Assembly: GCA_963934255.1 (NCBI GenBank) | Contig: CAWVXU010000004.1 | Location: 1,641 to 65,640 of the forward strand | Length of the DNA stretch: 64,000 nt | Direction of reading: 5' to 3' | Source: an uncultured Fibrobacterales bacterium | GTDB taxonomy: Bacteria > Fibrobacterota > Fibrobacteria > Fibrobacterales > CAWVXU01 | Shown here: piece after piece, positions 10,131 to 19,617 of the stretch | How the letters are laid out: every line of letters starts with the position of its first letter | How positions within the stretch are numbered: position 1 is the stretch's first letter | Position numbers and translations under genes: made by a program | Notes under the pieces: generated by a model | Database searches by the model: none | Seen by the model: only the letters and a program-made list of their open reading frames with translations | Told to the model about the DNA's origin: nothing

Positions 10131-11711
10131 GTGGCTGAACAAGTAAAAATATACGACACAACCTTGCGTGATGGAAATCAAGCAAGAGGCCTCAGTTTTT
10201 CCCTAGCCGACAAATTGAATATTGCCAAGAAACTAGATACTTTTGGAGTTGATTATATTGAAGGTGGATGGCCAAACCCAACCAATCCAATTGATGTTGA
10301 ATTCTTTCAAAAAATGTCACAATATGAGTTAAAAAAGGCAAAGATTACCGCATTTGGCTCCACGAGAAGACCAGGTAAAGCTTGTAATGAAGATCCTATA
10401 TTGTTGGCGCTTGTTGAGGCCAAAGCATCCGTTTATACGATTTTTGGTAAGTCTTGGGATATTCATGTAACTGATGTTATTCGAACGACATTAGATGAAA
10501 ATTTAAAAATGATAGAAGAGAGTGTTGCCTTTCTTAAAGAAAAAGCTGACGAAGTCTTTTATGATGCCGAACACTTTTTTGATGGTTATAAAGCCAACCC
10601 CAAATACGCCCTAGAGACCCTCAAAGCAGCTCAAAGAGGTGGAGCAGATTGTATAGTACTTTGTGACACCAATGGTGGAATGGCACTCTCTTGGGAATTT
10701 CAAGAAATAATTGGTGAGGTACAAGAAATAATTATTGCACCTCTGGGTGTACATTGTCATAATGATACAGAATCTGCAGTTGCAAATTCACTCGCAGGTG
10801 TGAGGCAAGGTGTGGTTCAAGTTCAAGGTTGTATCAACGGCATTGGTGAGCGATGTGGCAATGCAAACCTCACGACGATTATTCCGAACCTTCAGTTTAA
10901 AATGAAAAAAGAGCTTAAATGTTCTGGAAATTTAAGTGATTTAAGGCGCTTATCTCTCTATGTGGATGAAATTGCAAATATTGGTTCAAACATACGCGCT
11001 CCCTATGTAGGTGAAGCTGCTTTTGCGCACAAAGGTGGAGCTCATATTGATGGCGTTATGAAACTTTCTCATTCCTTTGAACACCTTGATCCGAGTCAAG
11101 TAGGGAATGAACGCGAATTCATTATTTCGGATCAAGCAGGTGGTTCTTTAATCGTTGTAAGGCTAAATTCAATTTTTCCTAATTTGGACAAAAAAGATCC
11201 AAAAGTGAAAGCTATTTTAAGTGAAGTAAAAGAAAAAGAAACAAAAGGTTACCATTTTGAAACTGCTGGAGGCTCTTTTGAACTTATTGCTCGCAGAGCA
11301 TTATCTGAGTATGTAGACCCAGTTAAAGTGAAATCATATCGAGTAATTGAAGAGCATCAAGAAAATGGTAGTTTAGTTTCAGAAGCAACCGTGAAGCTTG
11401 AACTAAACGGTAAAATTTTACATCGGGTGGCTGAAGGGGAAGGCCCGGTGAATGCACTTGACGCCGCCTTTAGAATTGCATTGTCAGAGCGTCTTGATTT
11501 TATTCAAGCTGTGAAGCTTGATGATTATAGAGTTCGAGTTTTAGACTCTAAGGAGGGCACGGCTTCTAGTGTTCGCGTTTGGGCAACCTTTTCGGACGAA
11601 AAGGATACATGGAATACAGTAGGTGTTTCAGAAAACATTATTGAGGCTTCATGGGAAGCACTCATGGACGGTTTTAATTTTAAAATTATGAAGGAGACAT
11701 CCAATGTCTAA
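10131..11711 (+). CDS. cimA: LeuA-family synthase of the CimA type (probable (R)-citramalate synthase)
   Basis: IYDTTLRDGNQ, YIEGGWPNPTNPIDVEFF, AEHFFDGYKANPKYALETLKAAQRGGADCIVLCDTNGG and HCHNDTESAVANSL resemble the Geobacter/Leptospira-type citramalate synthase clade as I remember it. GTG start. The 3' end overlaps ilvE by 8 nt. Confidence 0.75.
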   Translation: MAEQVKIYDTTLRDGNQARGLSFSLADKLNIAKKLDTFGVDYIEGGWPNPTNPIDVEFFQKMSQYELKKAKITAFGSTRRPGKACNEDPILLALVEAKASVYTIFGKSWDIHVTDVIRTTLDENLKMIEESVAFLKEKADEVFYDAEHFFDGYKANPKYALETLKAAQRGGADCIVLCDTNGGMALSWEFQEIIGEVQEIIIAPLGVHCHNDTESAVANSLAGVRQGVVQVQGCINGIGERCGNANLTTIIPNLQFKMKKELKCSGNLSDLRRLSLYVDEIANIGSNIRAPYVGEAAFAHKGGAHIDGVMKLSHSFEHLDPSQVGNEREFIISDQAGGSLIVVRLNSIFPNLDKKDPKVKAILSEVKEKETKGYHFETAGGSFELIARRALSEYVDPVKVKSYRVIEEHQENGSLVSEATVKLELNGKILHRVAEGEGPVNALDAAFRIALSERLDFIQAVKLDDYRVRVLDSKEGTASSVRVWATFSDEKDTWNTVGVSENIIEASWEALMDGFNFKIMKETSNV

Positions 11712-12582
11712 TTTAGTGTATGTTGATGGTGAATTTTTCGAAAAAGAAAAAGCAGTAATTTCAGTTTTTGATCATGGCTTACTTTATGGTGATGGTGTAT
11801 TTGAAGGCATTCGTGCCTATAACGGAAAAGTTTTCAAGTTAGAAGAGCACATCAATCGTCTTTATGATTCAGCCAAGGCAATCCTTTTGAAAATGCATGT
11901 TACTCGAGAAGAAATGGCACAAATTGTCATTGATTCATGCAGCACTAATGGAATTACAGATGGTTATATTCGTCTTGTTGTGACTCGCGGAGTAGGTGAT
12001 TTAGGCTTAAATCCATACCTTTGTAAGAAAGCATCCATCATTTGTATCGCTTCAAATATTCAGCTATATCCAGAAAAGTATTACGCAGAAGGACTTAAAA
12101 TTGTCACCGTTCCACAGACACGTAATTTTCACGAAGCCTTAAATCCGCGAATCAAATCTCTGAACTATTTAAATAATGTTCTTGCTAAAATTGAAGCAAT
12201 TCAGGCTGGTGTTGTAGAAGCAATGATGCTAAACACTCAAGGTTTCGTGGCAGAATGCACTGGGGACAATATTTTCCTTATGCGAAAAGGCGTCTTACTC
12301 ACTCCTAATATTGCTAGTGGTGCTTTAGAGGGCATTACTCGCGAAACAGTAATCGATCTTGCTCGGAGACGTGGTATCGAAGTGCGTGAAGAGTTTATTA
12401 CACGTTTTGATGTATATACAGCTGATGAAGTATTCCTTACCGGAACTGCAGCAGAAGTCATACCTGTAGTGGAAGTTGATTCTCGTGAAATAGGTGACGG
12501 TGAAGTTGGTCAATTGACTCGTGAGCTTATTGCTGATTACAAAAAAGAAACTTTTGCTAACGGCACAAACATCGGGCTATAA
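11704..12582 (+). CDS. ilvE: Branched-chain amino acid aminotransferase (fold type IV)
   Basis: 292 aa. DHGLLYGDGVFEGIRAYNGKVF, IKSLNYLNNVLAK and EVFLTGTAAEVIPV are class IV aminotransferase motifs. It sits in a BCAA biosynthesis context. Confidence 0.85.
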   Translation: MSNLVYVDGEFFEKEKAVISVFDHGLLYGDGVFEGIRAYNGKVFKLEEHINRLYDSAKAILLKMHVTREEMAQIVIDSCSTNGITDGYIRLVVTRGVGDLGLNPYLCKKASIICIASNIQLYPEKYYAEGLKIVTVPQTRNFHEALNPRIKSLNYLNNVLAKIEAIQAGVVEAMMLNTQGFVAECTGDNIFLMRKGVLLTPNIASGALEGITRETVIDLARRRGIEVREEFITRFDVYTADEVFLTGTAAEVIPVVEVDSREIGDGEVGQLTRELIADYKKETFANGTNIGL

Positions 12583-12615
12583 AATTAAGTATTTGAAGAA
12601 TAATAGGTGATTAAG

Positions 12616-13893
12616 ATGATGAAAATAGTGAAGCGCCCTTCGATTAAAAATAAAGAAGTAAAGTTAATTCTTGATCGAGAAGCATCTCCAAGTCCTGAAA
12701 TACAGAGTACAGTGATGGGTATCCTTTCTGATGTTAAAGAGAATGGAATCTCAGCTGTAGAATCTTATGCTAAAAAGTTTGATGGTCTTAAGGGAAACCT
12801 TAAAGTATCTTCAAAAGAGCTTGAAAAGGCTGCAGCTTTAGTGAAGCCAAACATTAAAAGAGCTATTGATAAAGCAATAATCAATGTGAAGCGTTTCCAT
12901 AAGCATCAGATGGAAAAATCTTGGTCAATTAGTGGGCCTGACGGGGAGCAACTAGGCCAAAGAATTCGCCCCTTGAAAAGAGTGGGCGTATATATACCAG
13001 GTGGTTCAGGAGTCTATCCTTCGACAGTTATAATGAATGTTGTTCCTGCGCTTGTTGCAGGTGTTTCAGAAATAGTTGCTGTATCTCCGCCTCTAAAGGG
13101 TTTTCATCCTGCGGTAGCTTATGCTTTGCATAAGCTAGGTGTGAGTGAGATCTATAAAGTAGGTGGGGCGCAAGCCATCGGAATGTTGGCTTATGGTGCA
13201 GGTAAAGTGAAAAAAGTAGATAAAATTGTTGGCCCTTCTAGTCCTTATGCTTCAGTCGCAAAAAAAGAAGTTTTTGGTCTTGTTGATATTGATATGGTGG
13301 CTGGACCCTCTGAAATTTTAGTCATGTTTGATGAAACAGCTGACCCTGATTGGGTTGCGGCAGATATTCTTTCTCAAGCGGAACATGGCTCTGGTTTTGA
13401 AGCTGCTATTGGCGTAACAACCTCCCTACAAGCTGCTAAATGGGTGCAAGAATGTGTCCAAGAGCAAGTTGAAAATTCACCAAAGCGTGAAGCTCTTGAA
13501 CTTGTCTTAAAGAAGTTTGGTAGAATATTTGTTGTTGATGATTGGGATAAAGGTTCTGATTTAGTTAATCACATTGCACCAGAACATCTAGAAATCATTA
13601 CTCTGGATGCCAAAAAGCTTTCACTTAGAATTGAAAATGCAGGGGCGATATTTATTGGGCCTTGGAGTTCTGAACCAATTGGTGATTACTTTGCTGGTCC
13701 AAACCATGTACTTCCAACGAATGGCACGGCAAGGTTCTTTTCTCCTTTGGGTGTATATGACTTTTTGAAGAGAACAAGTATTATTGAGTATTCACATCAA
13801 GCAATTCAAAAAAACGGGAAATTAATTGCAGAGCTTGCTGATGAAGAAGGTTTCAGCCATCATGCTATGGCAGTGCGTAAGAGATTAAATTAA
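12616..13893 (+). CDS. hisD: Histidinol dehydrogenase
   Basis: GVYIPGGSGVYPSTVIMN, DMVAGPSEILV, QAEHG and PEHLE are canonical HisD motifs. The start could be GTG 12607 (track) or ATG 12616 (AGGTGA RBS 5 nt upstream). Confidence 0.93.
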   Translation: MMKIVKRPSIKNKEVKLILDREASPSPEIQSTVMGILSDVKENGISAVESYAKKFDGLKGNLKVSSKELEKAAALVKPNIKRAIDKAIINVKRFHKHQMEKSWSISGPDGEQLGQRIRPLKRVGVYIPGGSGVYPSTVIMNVVPALVAGVSEIVAVSPPLKGFHPAVAYALHKLGVSEIYKVGGAQAIGMLAYGAGKVKKVDKIVGPSSPYASVAKKEVFGLVDIDMVAGPSEILVMFDETADPDWVAADILSQAEHGSGFEAAIGVTTSLQAAKWVQECVQEQVENSPKREALELVLKKFGRIFVVDDWDKGSDLVNHIAPEHLEIITLDAKKLSLRIENAGAIFIGPWSSEPIGDYFAGPNHVLPTNGTARFFSPLGVYDFLKRTSIIEYSHQAIQKNGKLIAELADEEGFSHHAMAVRKRLN

Positions 13894-14030
13894 CCTTTCA
13901 ATTCATAATGGATTTCTTGAAACCTTATACCGAGTTAAAGTTAAGCATGTTTTGCTTGACTTTTTCTATTTAAATTCCTTTTTATAATGAAAAAGAATAT
14001 ATTAGTGGCAAAGAGGTAGAGGAGTTTGAT

Positions 14031-14612
14031 ATGAAATTGGTTAAGGTTTTAAAAGTTATTGCGTTGGTAACGGTCGCTTTTTCACTGGCTGCTTGTGCTG
14101 GCCTTGGTTCGGATGAAGTTAAGAGTGTTGATTATTCAACTACTGAACTGACTTGGGATCGTCTATTAGATGGAAATGGCACCTATGTCATGGATGAAGC
14201 AATAAGACCAATTGCGATTGAGGGGTTTTGGGATGTTTCAGGAGGTCTGACGACTTATGCCGCTCCAGGTACTGAAATGAATATTCGTTTTTTGAGAGAT
14301 GCTAATGAAGAATCGGGTTACATGTTTGAATTAACAAGGACTTCTGAATCTGATGGGTTAATTCATGAGGTTATCGCCATGGCATCAATTAATTCAGCAA
14401 AACAGTTGGTGTTAGATTTTTATCCACCGATTAATGCTGTTTCAGATGCTACAACTATTCAACCAGCAGGTGAGTCTACAACTTTTACACTTGATGGAAC
14501 TATTGAAAAAGACCCGAGTACCGGTGTGGTTTATTTGAAATTTAACGGGGCTGTTATTCATGCGCCAGCTGATCTTGGTGCCTTTGGTAATGAAGCTTTT
14601 GCTCGTAGATAA
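14031..14612 (+). CDS. Hypothetical lipoprotein
   Basis: Signal peptide with lipobox (VTVAFSLAAC). A GAGGAG RBS lies upstream. I recognise no family. Confidence 0.6.
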   Translation: MKLVKVLKVIALVTVAFSLAACAGLGSDEVKSVDYSTTELTWDRLLDGNGTYVMDEAIRPIAIEGFWDVSGGLTTYAAPGTEMNIRFLRDANEESGYMFELTRTSESDGLIHEVIAMASINSAKQLVLDFYPPINAVSDATTIQPAGESTTFTLDGTIEKDPSTGVVYLKFNGAVIHAPADLGAFGNEAFARR

Positions 14613-14690
14613 CTGGCTTCATTCAAATAATAAATGTTTTTATAATTAACCTTGCCAATTAAGCTAATTAAATGTAATATTGTCGGCGTA

Positions 14691-14764
14691 CGGAGTATAG
14701 CTCAGCCTGGTAGAGCACTAGTTTTGGGTACTAGGGGCCGTAGGTTCGAATCCTGCTACTCCGA
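14691..14764 (+). tRNA. tRNA-Pro (anticodon UGG)
   Basis: Cloverleaf read by eye. The acceptor stem is CGGAGTA/TACTCCG with discriminator A. The D arm is GCTC..GAGC. The anticodon stem CTAGT/ACTAG encloses loop TTTGGGT, giving anticodon TGG with G37. The T arm is GTAGG-TTCGAAT-CCTGC. No CCA is encoded. Confidence 0.9.
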
Positions 14765-14772
14765 CTTTAAAA

Positions 14773-14799
14773 AGATCGATTTTATATCGGTCTTTTTTT
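14773..14799 (+). terminator. Rho-independent terminator after tRNA-Pro
   Basis: Stem AGATCGAT / ATCGGTCT (one G-U pair), loop TTTAT, then a T7 run. Confidence 0.55.
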
Positions 14800-14902
14800 G
14801 TTTTATGTTGTAAAATAATCAAAGGCTGTGTAATTAAATCTCAAATTTATTTGAACGCACTCAGAATTTATTTTAAAAAAGAGCAACGGCTTGAAGGTAA
14901 TC

Positions 14903-15052
14903 ATGTTTAGAATTTTAAGAAAACATTGGAAGTTGGTGTTCTTTTTAGCGGCTCTTATATTGCCATTGGGCTTTCTTTTAGGGCCTATTGCTCTAAAGTA
15001 TTGGTATTCCCGGGAAGCGCGTAAGAAAGCTCGACTTCTAGACGAGAAGTAA
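14903..15052 (+). CDS. Possible small membrane protein (49 aa)
   Basis: Below the ORF-track size cutoff. It reads MFRILRKHWKLVFFLAALILPLGFLLGPIALKYWYSREARKKARLLDEK, with one hydrophobic helix and a basic tail. An AAGGT RBS lies 4 nt upstream. Confidence 0.35.
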   Translation: MFRILRKHWKLVFFLAALILPLGFLLGPIALKYWYSREARKKARLLDEK

Positions 15053-15058
15053 TTTGTA

Positions 15059-15475
15059 TTAATCTTGTGTTAAAGGTTGAAAGCTATCAAGTAGCTCGTG
15101 AAATGCATTTAATTTATGATTGAGATGTTCGTCAATAGGGCTAGTCATATCAATGAATGCACAATAATGACTCCAATAAACATGAGCAAATAACCTAATA
15201 TAGTTTTCGTTTGCAAAAGCTGACCTTAGACAGTTGGGTCCAGAATCCAGGTTGACCATTGAGGTTTCTTTATGTGATAAGACTTCGTACTGACTCATTT
15301 TTTCATGAACCTCAATGATCTTGTCTTCATTAATTTCCACTGATTTACGAGCTGATGTCACTTCTATACTGCCATGTCCGTGTGAGTGAATAAAGCGAGT
15401 TGAATTGGGGCTTTCTTCTGCAAGCCATAACTTGGGCTCTTCAATGGCAAACCAGCCACAGGGGGATATATGCAT
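15059..15475 (-). CDS. Hypothetical protein
   Basis: 138-aa ORF with a GGAGTA RBS. I recognise no family. Confidence 0.5.
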   Translation of the reverse strand: MHISPCGWFAIEEPKLWLAEESPNSTRFIHSHGHGSIEVTSARKSVEINEDKIIEVHEKMSQYEVLSHKETSMVNLDSGPNCLRSAFANENYIRLFAHVYWSHYCAFIDMTSPIDEHLNHKLNAFHELLDSFQPLTQD

Positions 15476-15609
15476 GAATACTCCTAAAGTCTAGGATAAT
15501 TATATCCTTTTATTGGAGTAACTTCAATTTTTTGAGAGAATTTTAATTGAACGTTTAGTTTTGTTGAAAAACTCTCGCATAAATGTTCTATTGTGAATAA
15601 GGAAAAAGG

Positions 15610-16023
15610 TTACTCTTCATTATGATCAAAGTATTCTTGTAAAAATACTGCAGCAGCGGCACTATCAATTCGGCCTTTTTCGTTTTTTTTCTTTTTAGTG
15701 GAGTAGTGTTTTGTTTTGGCCTTGGCGTCTACTGAACTAAAAGCTTCATTTTGGCGATGTATTGGTAGTTTGTAACGAGATTCGAGTTCTGAAATAAAGG
15801 TATCAACCGCCTTTACTTTTTCTCCAATCTTTCCGTCAGTCCGCTCGGGGTAGCCGACAACAATCAACTTGGGCCTTTCCTCTTCAATGATGTATTGTAT
15901 CTCTTTCCAAGAGTTTTGACGTTGTGTGTCAATAAAGTCTCGTGGAAATGCCATTTTTGATTCAGAATGGCCCATTGCAATGCCAATTCTACGTTCACCA
16001 AAGTCTATTGCTAATATTTTCAT
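15610..16023 (-). CDS. ruvX: YqgF/RuvX-like putative pre-16S rRNA nuclease / Holliday junction resolvase
   Basis: MKILAIDFGERRIGIAMG ... LIVVGYPERTDG ... SAAAAVFLQEYF is typical of YqgF. Confidence 0.9.
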   Translation of the reverse strand: MKILAIDFGERRIGIAMGHSESKMAFPRDFIDTQRQNSWKEIQYIIEEERPKLIVVGYPERTDGKIGEKVKAVDTFISELESRYKLPIHRQNEAFSSVDAKAKTKHYSTKKKKNEKGRIDSAAAAVFLQEYFDHNEE

Positions 16024-16116
16024 GCTCTTTAATTTAGTATTTTGAGATTTTGTAACAAGTTTGAAATAAAGAAATTATGGCTTAAAACCTTATAAAGACA
16101 ATCCTGTGTTTTTTAG

Positions 16117-16150
16117 CAAAAAAAAGGCAGTCAAATGAATGACTGCCTTC
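16117..16150 (-). terminator. Rho-independent terminator after typA
   Basis: On the minus strand, a perfect 10-bp stem AAGGCAGTCA / TGACTGCCTT is followed by T8. Confidence 0.7.
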
Positions 16151-16173
16151 TTTAAATAATTGAGGGTGAGGGA

Positions 16174-17988
16174 CTAACCACCCTTTTCTTTACGAGCACT
16201 GGATTTACGAAGATTTTCAGAAAGAACAAGTTTACGAAGACGTAATCCATCAGGAGTTACCTCAACACACTCATCACGATTAATGAAAGTAACACAGTCT
16301 TCCAAAGACATTTGGCGAGGAGGAGCTAAGTTAATAGCATCATCTGCACCGGATGAACGTACGTTTGTTAACTGCTTACCTTTAGTACAGTTAATAACGA
16401 TATCTTCGTTACGATTACACTCGCCAATGATCATTCCTTCATATACTTCAGTCGTTGGAGAAATAAAGAACGATCCACGGTCTTGAAGTTTGAATAATGC
16501 ATATGCCATAGCAAGTCCAGCTTCTTTATTACAAATCAAAGCACCACGAACACGAGATGGAATCTCACCGACGTGTGGCTCATAACCTGCAAATATAGTT
16601 TGCATGACTGCGTAACCTTTAGTGAGAGAGAGGAGGATAGTTCTTAATCCTATCAAAGCACGAGATGGAAGACGGAATTCGATTTTAACTTCACTTCCTT
16701 CGTGCTCCATGTTTACCATTTCTGATTTTTTCTTACCTAATTCTTCAATCACTGCACCAGAAAACTCTTGAGGTACATTGACAATAAGTTTTTCAAATGG
16801 TTCGTGAACTTTGCCATCGATTTCTTTGAAAAGAACTTGAGGTGCCCCAATTGTGAATTCATAAGCTTCACGGCGCATATTTTCAATTAGAATAGTTAAA
16901 TGAAGTACTCCACGGCCAGAAACTAAAAACCCTGAACCTTCGCCTTTTTCAACAACTAGAGCCGGATCAGCAAGAGCTGCACGTTCTAAGCGTTCGTTTA
17001 GGTGATTACCTGTAAGGAATTTACCACCAGATTGCCCAGCAAGAGGCGAGTCATTGACTGTAAAGCTCATGCAAATTGTTGGAGGGTCTACTTCGGGTCT
17101 ATCAAGTTCTACTGGCGCTTCAGGTAGAGAAATTGTATCACCAATGTCAAAATGAGGAATACCAGCGATCGAGATGATATCACCAGCTACTGCTTCGTCG
17201 ATAGGTGTATTGATGATTCCCTCATAGTGAAGTAATTTTTGAATACGGAATCGATTTGGTTTGCCTGTTATAGTACTTTGTTGTACTGTTTGGCTAGTTT
17301 TTAGAGTTCCTTCTAATAAACGTCCTACTGCGAGGCGACCAAGGAATTCAGAATAAAATAATGAGCTAATCTGCATAACAGGATTAGCCGTTGCATCACC
17401 TTTGTGTGATGGAATCTCAGCTACGATCATATCAAGTAGAGGTATTAAATCACCATCTTCTTGATCCATTTCCAGACGACAAGTGCCTGCACGACCTGAT
17501 GCGTAAATATAGGGGAATTCCAGTTGATCTTCGTCTGCATCTAATTCACAGAAAAGGTCAAATACCATGTCGTGAGCTTTTTCAGGATCACAACCATCAC
17601 GGTCAATTTTGTTAATTACAACAATAACTTTAAGGCCTAGTGCAAGTGCTTTACTTGTCACGAAGCGAGTTTGAGCCATTGGTCCTTCAAATGCATCAAC
17701 TATAAGAAGTACACCATCAACTGTTCCAAGAACTCGTTCTACCTGGCCACCAAAGTCGGCATGTCCAGGGGTGTCAACAATATTAATACGAGTTTCACCG
17801 TATTGGATAGCAGCGTTTTTAGAAAGAATGGTAATACCACGCTCGCGCTCTAGGTTATCGCTGTCCATGACACGTTCATCGACCTCTTCGTTTTCTCTAA
17901 ATGATCCACCTTGTTTAAGAAGTTGGTCAACTAGGGTTGTTTTACCGTGGTCAACGTGTGCGATAATAGCGACGTTACGCAATTCCAT
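16174..17988 (-). CDS. typA: Translational GTPase TypA/BipA
   Basis: MELRNVAIIAHVDHGKTTLVD, DTPGHADFGGEV-like DTPGHADFGGQVERV and NKIDR are present, with length about 604 aa. I prefer the ATG at 17988 (AAAGGA RBS) over the TTG at 18003. Confidence 0.95.
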   Translation of the reverse strand: MELRNVAIIAHVDHGKTTLVDQLLKQGGSFRENEEVDERVMDSDNLERERGITILSKNAAIQYGETRINIVDTPGHADFGGQVERVLGTVDGVLLIVDAFEGPMAQTRFVTSKALALGLKVIVVINKIDRDGCDPEKAHDMVFDLFCELDADEDQLEFPYIYASGRAGTCRLEMDQEDGDLIPLLDMIVAEIPSHKGDATANPVMQISSLFYSEFLGRLAVGRLLEGTLKTSQTVQQSTITGKPNRFRIQKLLHYEGIINTPIDEAVAGDIISIAGIPHFDIGDTISLPEAPVELDRPEVDPPTICMSFTVNDSPLAGQSGGKFLTGNHLNERLERAALADPALVVEKGEGSGFLVSGRGVLHLTILIENMRREAYEFTIGAPQVLFKEIDGKVHEPFEKLIVNVPQEFSGAVIEELGKKKSEMVNMEHEGSEVKIEFRLPSRALIGLRTILLSLTKGYAVMQTIFAGYEPHVGEIPSRVRGALICNKEAGLAMAYALFKLQDRGSFFISPTTEVYEGMIIGECNRNEDIVINCTKGKQLTNVRSSGADDAINLAPPRQMSLEDCVTFINRDECVEVTPDGLRLRKLVLSENLRKSSARKEKGG

Positions 17989-18123
17989 ATTATGTCCTTT
18001 CAAATACGCTCAACTCAAGAGCTGCCCAAATTTAATAGCTTGATGTCTCGTTGTCAGTGGGAATTTTGATTAAATAGGTTCTAATCTGGCTTAACTTGCG
18101 TCTCTTGTGTTAGATTTTAGGAT

Positions 18124-19197
18124 ATGAACAAGATTTTTAACGTTATTTTAATTTCTTTAGTGATTTCGGTCAATTTTTCCCATTCACAAAAAGTCAATGC
18201 AAAACACTGGAACAGTAGTCAAGCTAGTCGCCTAGCTGAGTATCAAGTTTTGCAATATAACGAGGCGATAAGCTCTCATTCTATGAATCACCTAAGGTTC
18301 TCTCATTTATTGATATTTAACCCTGAAACATCTGCATTAGAGTTAGAGAATTCTGATATCTATGGCTATCCATACGCTCAATCTATTGGAATGAGCTTTC
18401 TATCTCAAGAAGAGTATTCGGGCCTAAAGATTGGCATGTCTTATTATTTTGACAGAACCGGCTGGGAAAATAATGATTTCCTTTTGCTGCCTCAAAAAAC
18501 CAATTGGAGTTTAGATTTTCAATCCCATCAGTTAGGACTTTTAACAAGCTTTGATGATTATGAAGCAATTTTAGGTCTCGGATGGAAATACTCAAGAAGT
18601 GTTTGGCGACGTCCCGATTATCGTCAAGAAAACACAAATCATCAGTGGTGGTTTATGGCTAAAAGCTATGTTTTAGGCTTTGGTAGTCAAGGTGGGACTC
18701 AAGTTCATTCAAGTTTGGTCGAATTAGATCTACAACGGCGGGGGGAACGAAATTACTGGATGAGAGATTGGGCTCAATTTTTACCTATTTTAATTTATCG
18801 CGTGGGTTGGTTAGACGGTAGTCCTGAGCTTAATGCCGGCTTTTTTGAATGGAAACAAAAGATTTGGTCTAAGTATTTCTATTCAAGGCAATGGTTTGAT
18901 ACCAGGTGGCAGGCAAGTTATCTTGATATTTTCCTAGATGAATCACACTTCTTTGCATTTCATTTCAACGCATATCAATCTGAAAAATCAGTACAATACG
19001 GTGGTAAAGCTAGTTTAGGTCCGCTTATTATGGGATATAATGACGCAAGTACCTATCGCAGGTTTTCTGGATTAGATGGTGTATTCTTTGTTGAAATTGG
19101 TTTAAATATTGTCACACTTGAAGGTCTTTTATATCAACGACCGGGAGCGCCCGTTCCTAGTAAGGGTGAAATTGGACTGGTAATCAGTGATGATTAA
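18124..19197 (+). CDS. Hypothetical secreted/envelope protein
   Basis: N-terminal signal peptide (MNKIFNVILISLVISVNFSHS). It is rich in W/Y/G. I recognise no family. Confidence 0.6.
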   Translation: MNKIFNVILISLVISVNFSHSQKVNAKHWNSSQASRLAEYQVLQYNEAISSHSMNHLRFSHLLIFNPETSALELENSDIYGYPYAQSIGMSFLSQEEYSGLKIGMSYYFDRTGWENNDFLLLPQKTNWSLDFQSHQLGLLTSFDDYEAILGLGWKYSRSVWRRPDYRQENTNHQWWFMAKSYVLGFGSQGGTQVHSSLVELDLQRRGERNYWMRDWAQFLPILIYRVGWLDGSPELNAGFFEWKQKIWSKYFYSRQWFDTRWQASYLDIFLDESHFFAFHFNAYQSEKSVQYGGKASLGPLIMGYNDASTYRRFSGLDGVFFVEIGLNIVTLEGLLYQRPGAPVPSKGEIGLVISDD

Positions 19198-19579
19198 ATT
19201 ATTCACACAACTAATTCTATTGTCCTCTATAGTGTTTTTACAAGCCTGTATTCAAGACGTTTTTTGGCCCAGTGAAACCAGAGTTCAGGTAATCAATGAA
19301 AGCTCTGCAACTGTTGATTCATTGAGAGTGCTTTCACCTGTAAATTCTATTGAACCTATTATGCTTATGAATGAAAATTTGAAAACTGGCGATCGTAGCC
19401 GTGTAAAAGTTTATGAGTTTTCCGGTATTCATACTTTGCAAATATGGGGTGGTTGCCAGGAGCAAGCTGAGGATTGTCTTTCGTCTTTGTTATTGACTCA
19501 AAAGATGACTCTTGATGGGGGGTCTGTTAAACTACTCTTTAAAGATTCATCTCAGGGCTTTATACTAGAGATTGATTAG
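19187..19579 (+). CDS. Hypothetical lipoprotein
   Basis: Lipobox (SIVFLQAC). It overlaps the upstream ORF by 11 nt, which suggests co-translation. Confidence 0.6.
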   Translation: MMIKLFTQLILLSSIVFLQACIQDVFWPSETRVQVINESSATVDSLRVLSPVNSIEPIMLMNENLKTGDRSRVKVYEFSGIHTLQIWGGCQEQAEDCLSSLLLTQKMTLDGGSVKLLFKDSSQGFILEID

Positions 19580-19617
19580 TTATCTTTTTCATTAGAAACG
19601 TTTTAGGAGCCTGCTGA

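Noticed and set aside
12237-12513. Two overlapping minus-strand ORFs inside ilvE
   Set aside because: They are antisense to ilvE and overlap each other in different frames. They have no RBS.
13958-13990. TTGACT ... TATAAT promoter-like hexamers upstream of the 14031 lipoprotein gene
   Set aside because: The spacer is 21 nt by my count, too long for a sigma-70 promoter. The hexamers are likely coincidental in AT-rich DNA.
15496-15511. Palindrome AGGATA-ATTA-TATCCT just upstream of the 15475 ORF start
   Set aside because: It is a short 6-bp-arm inverted repeat in AT-rich intergenic DNA. I found no second copy, so it is not enough to call an operator.
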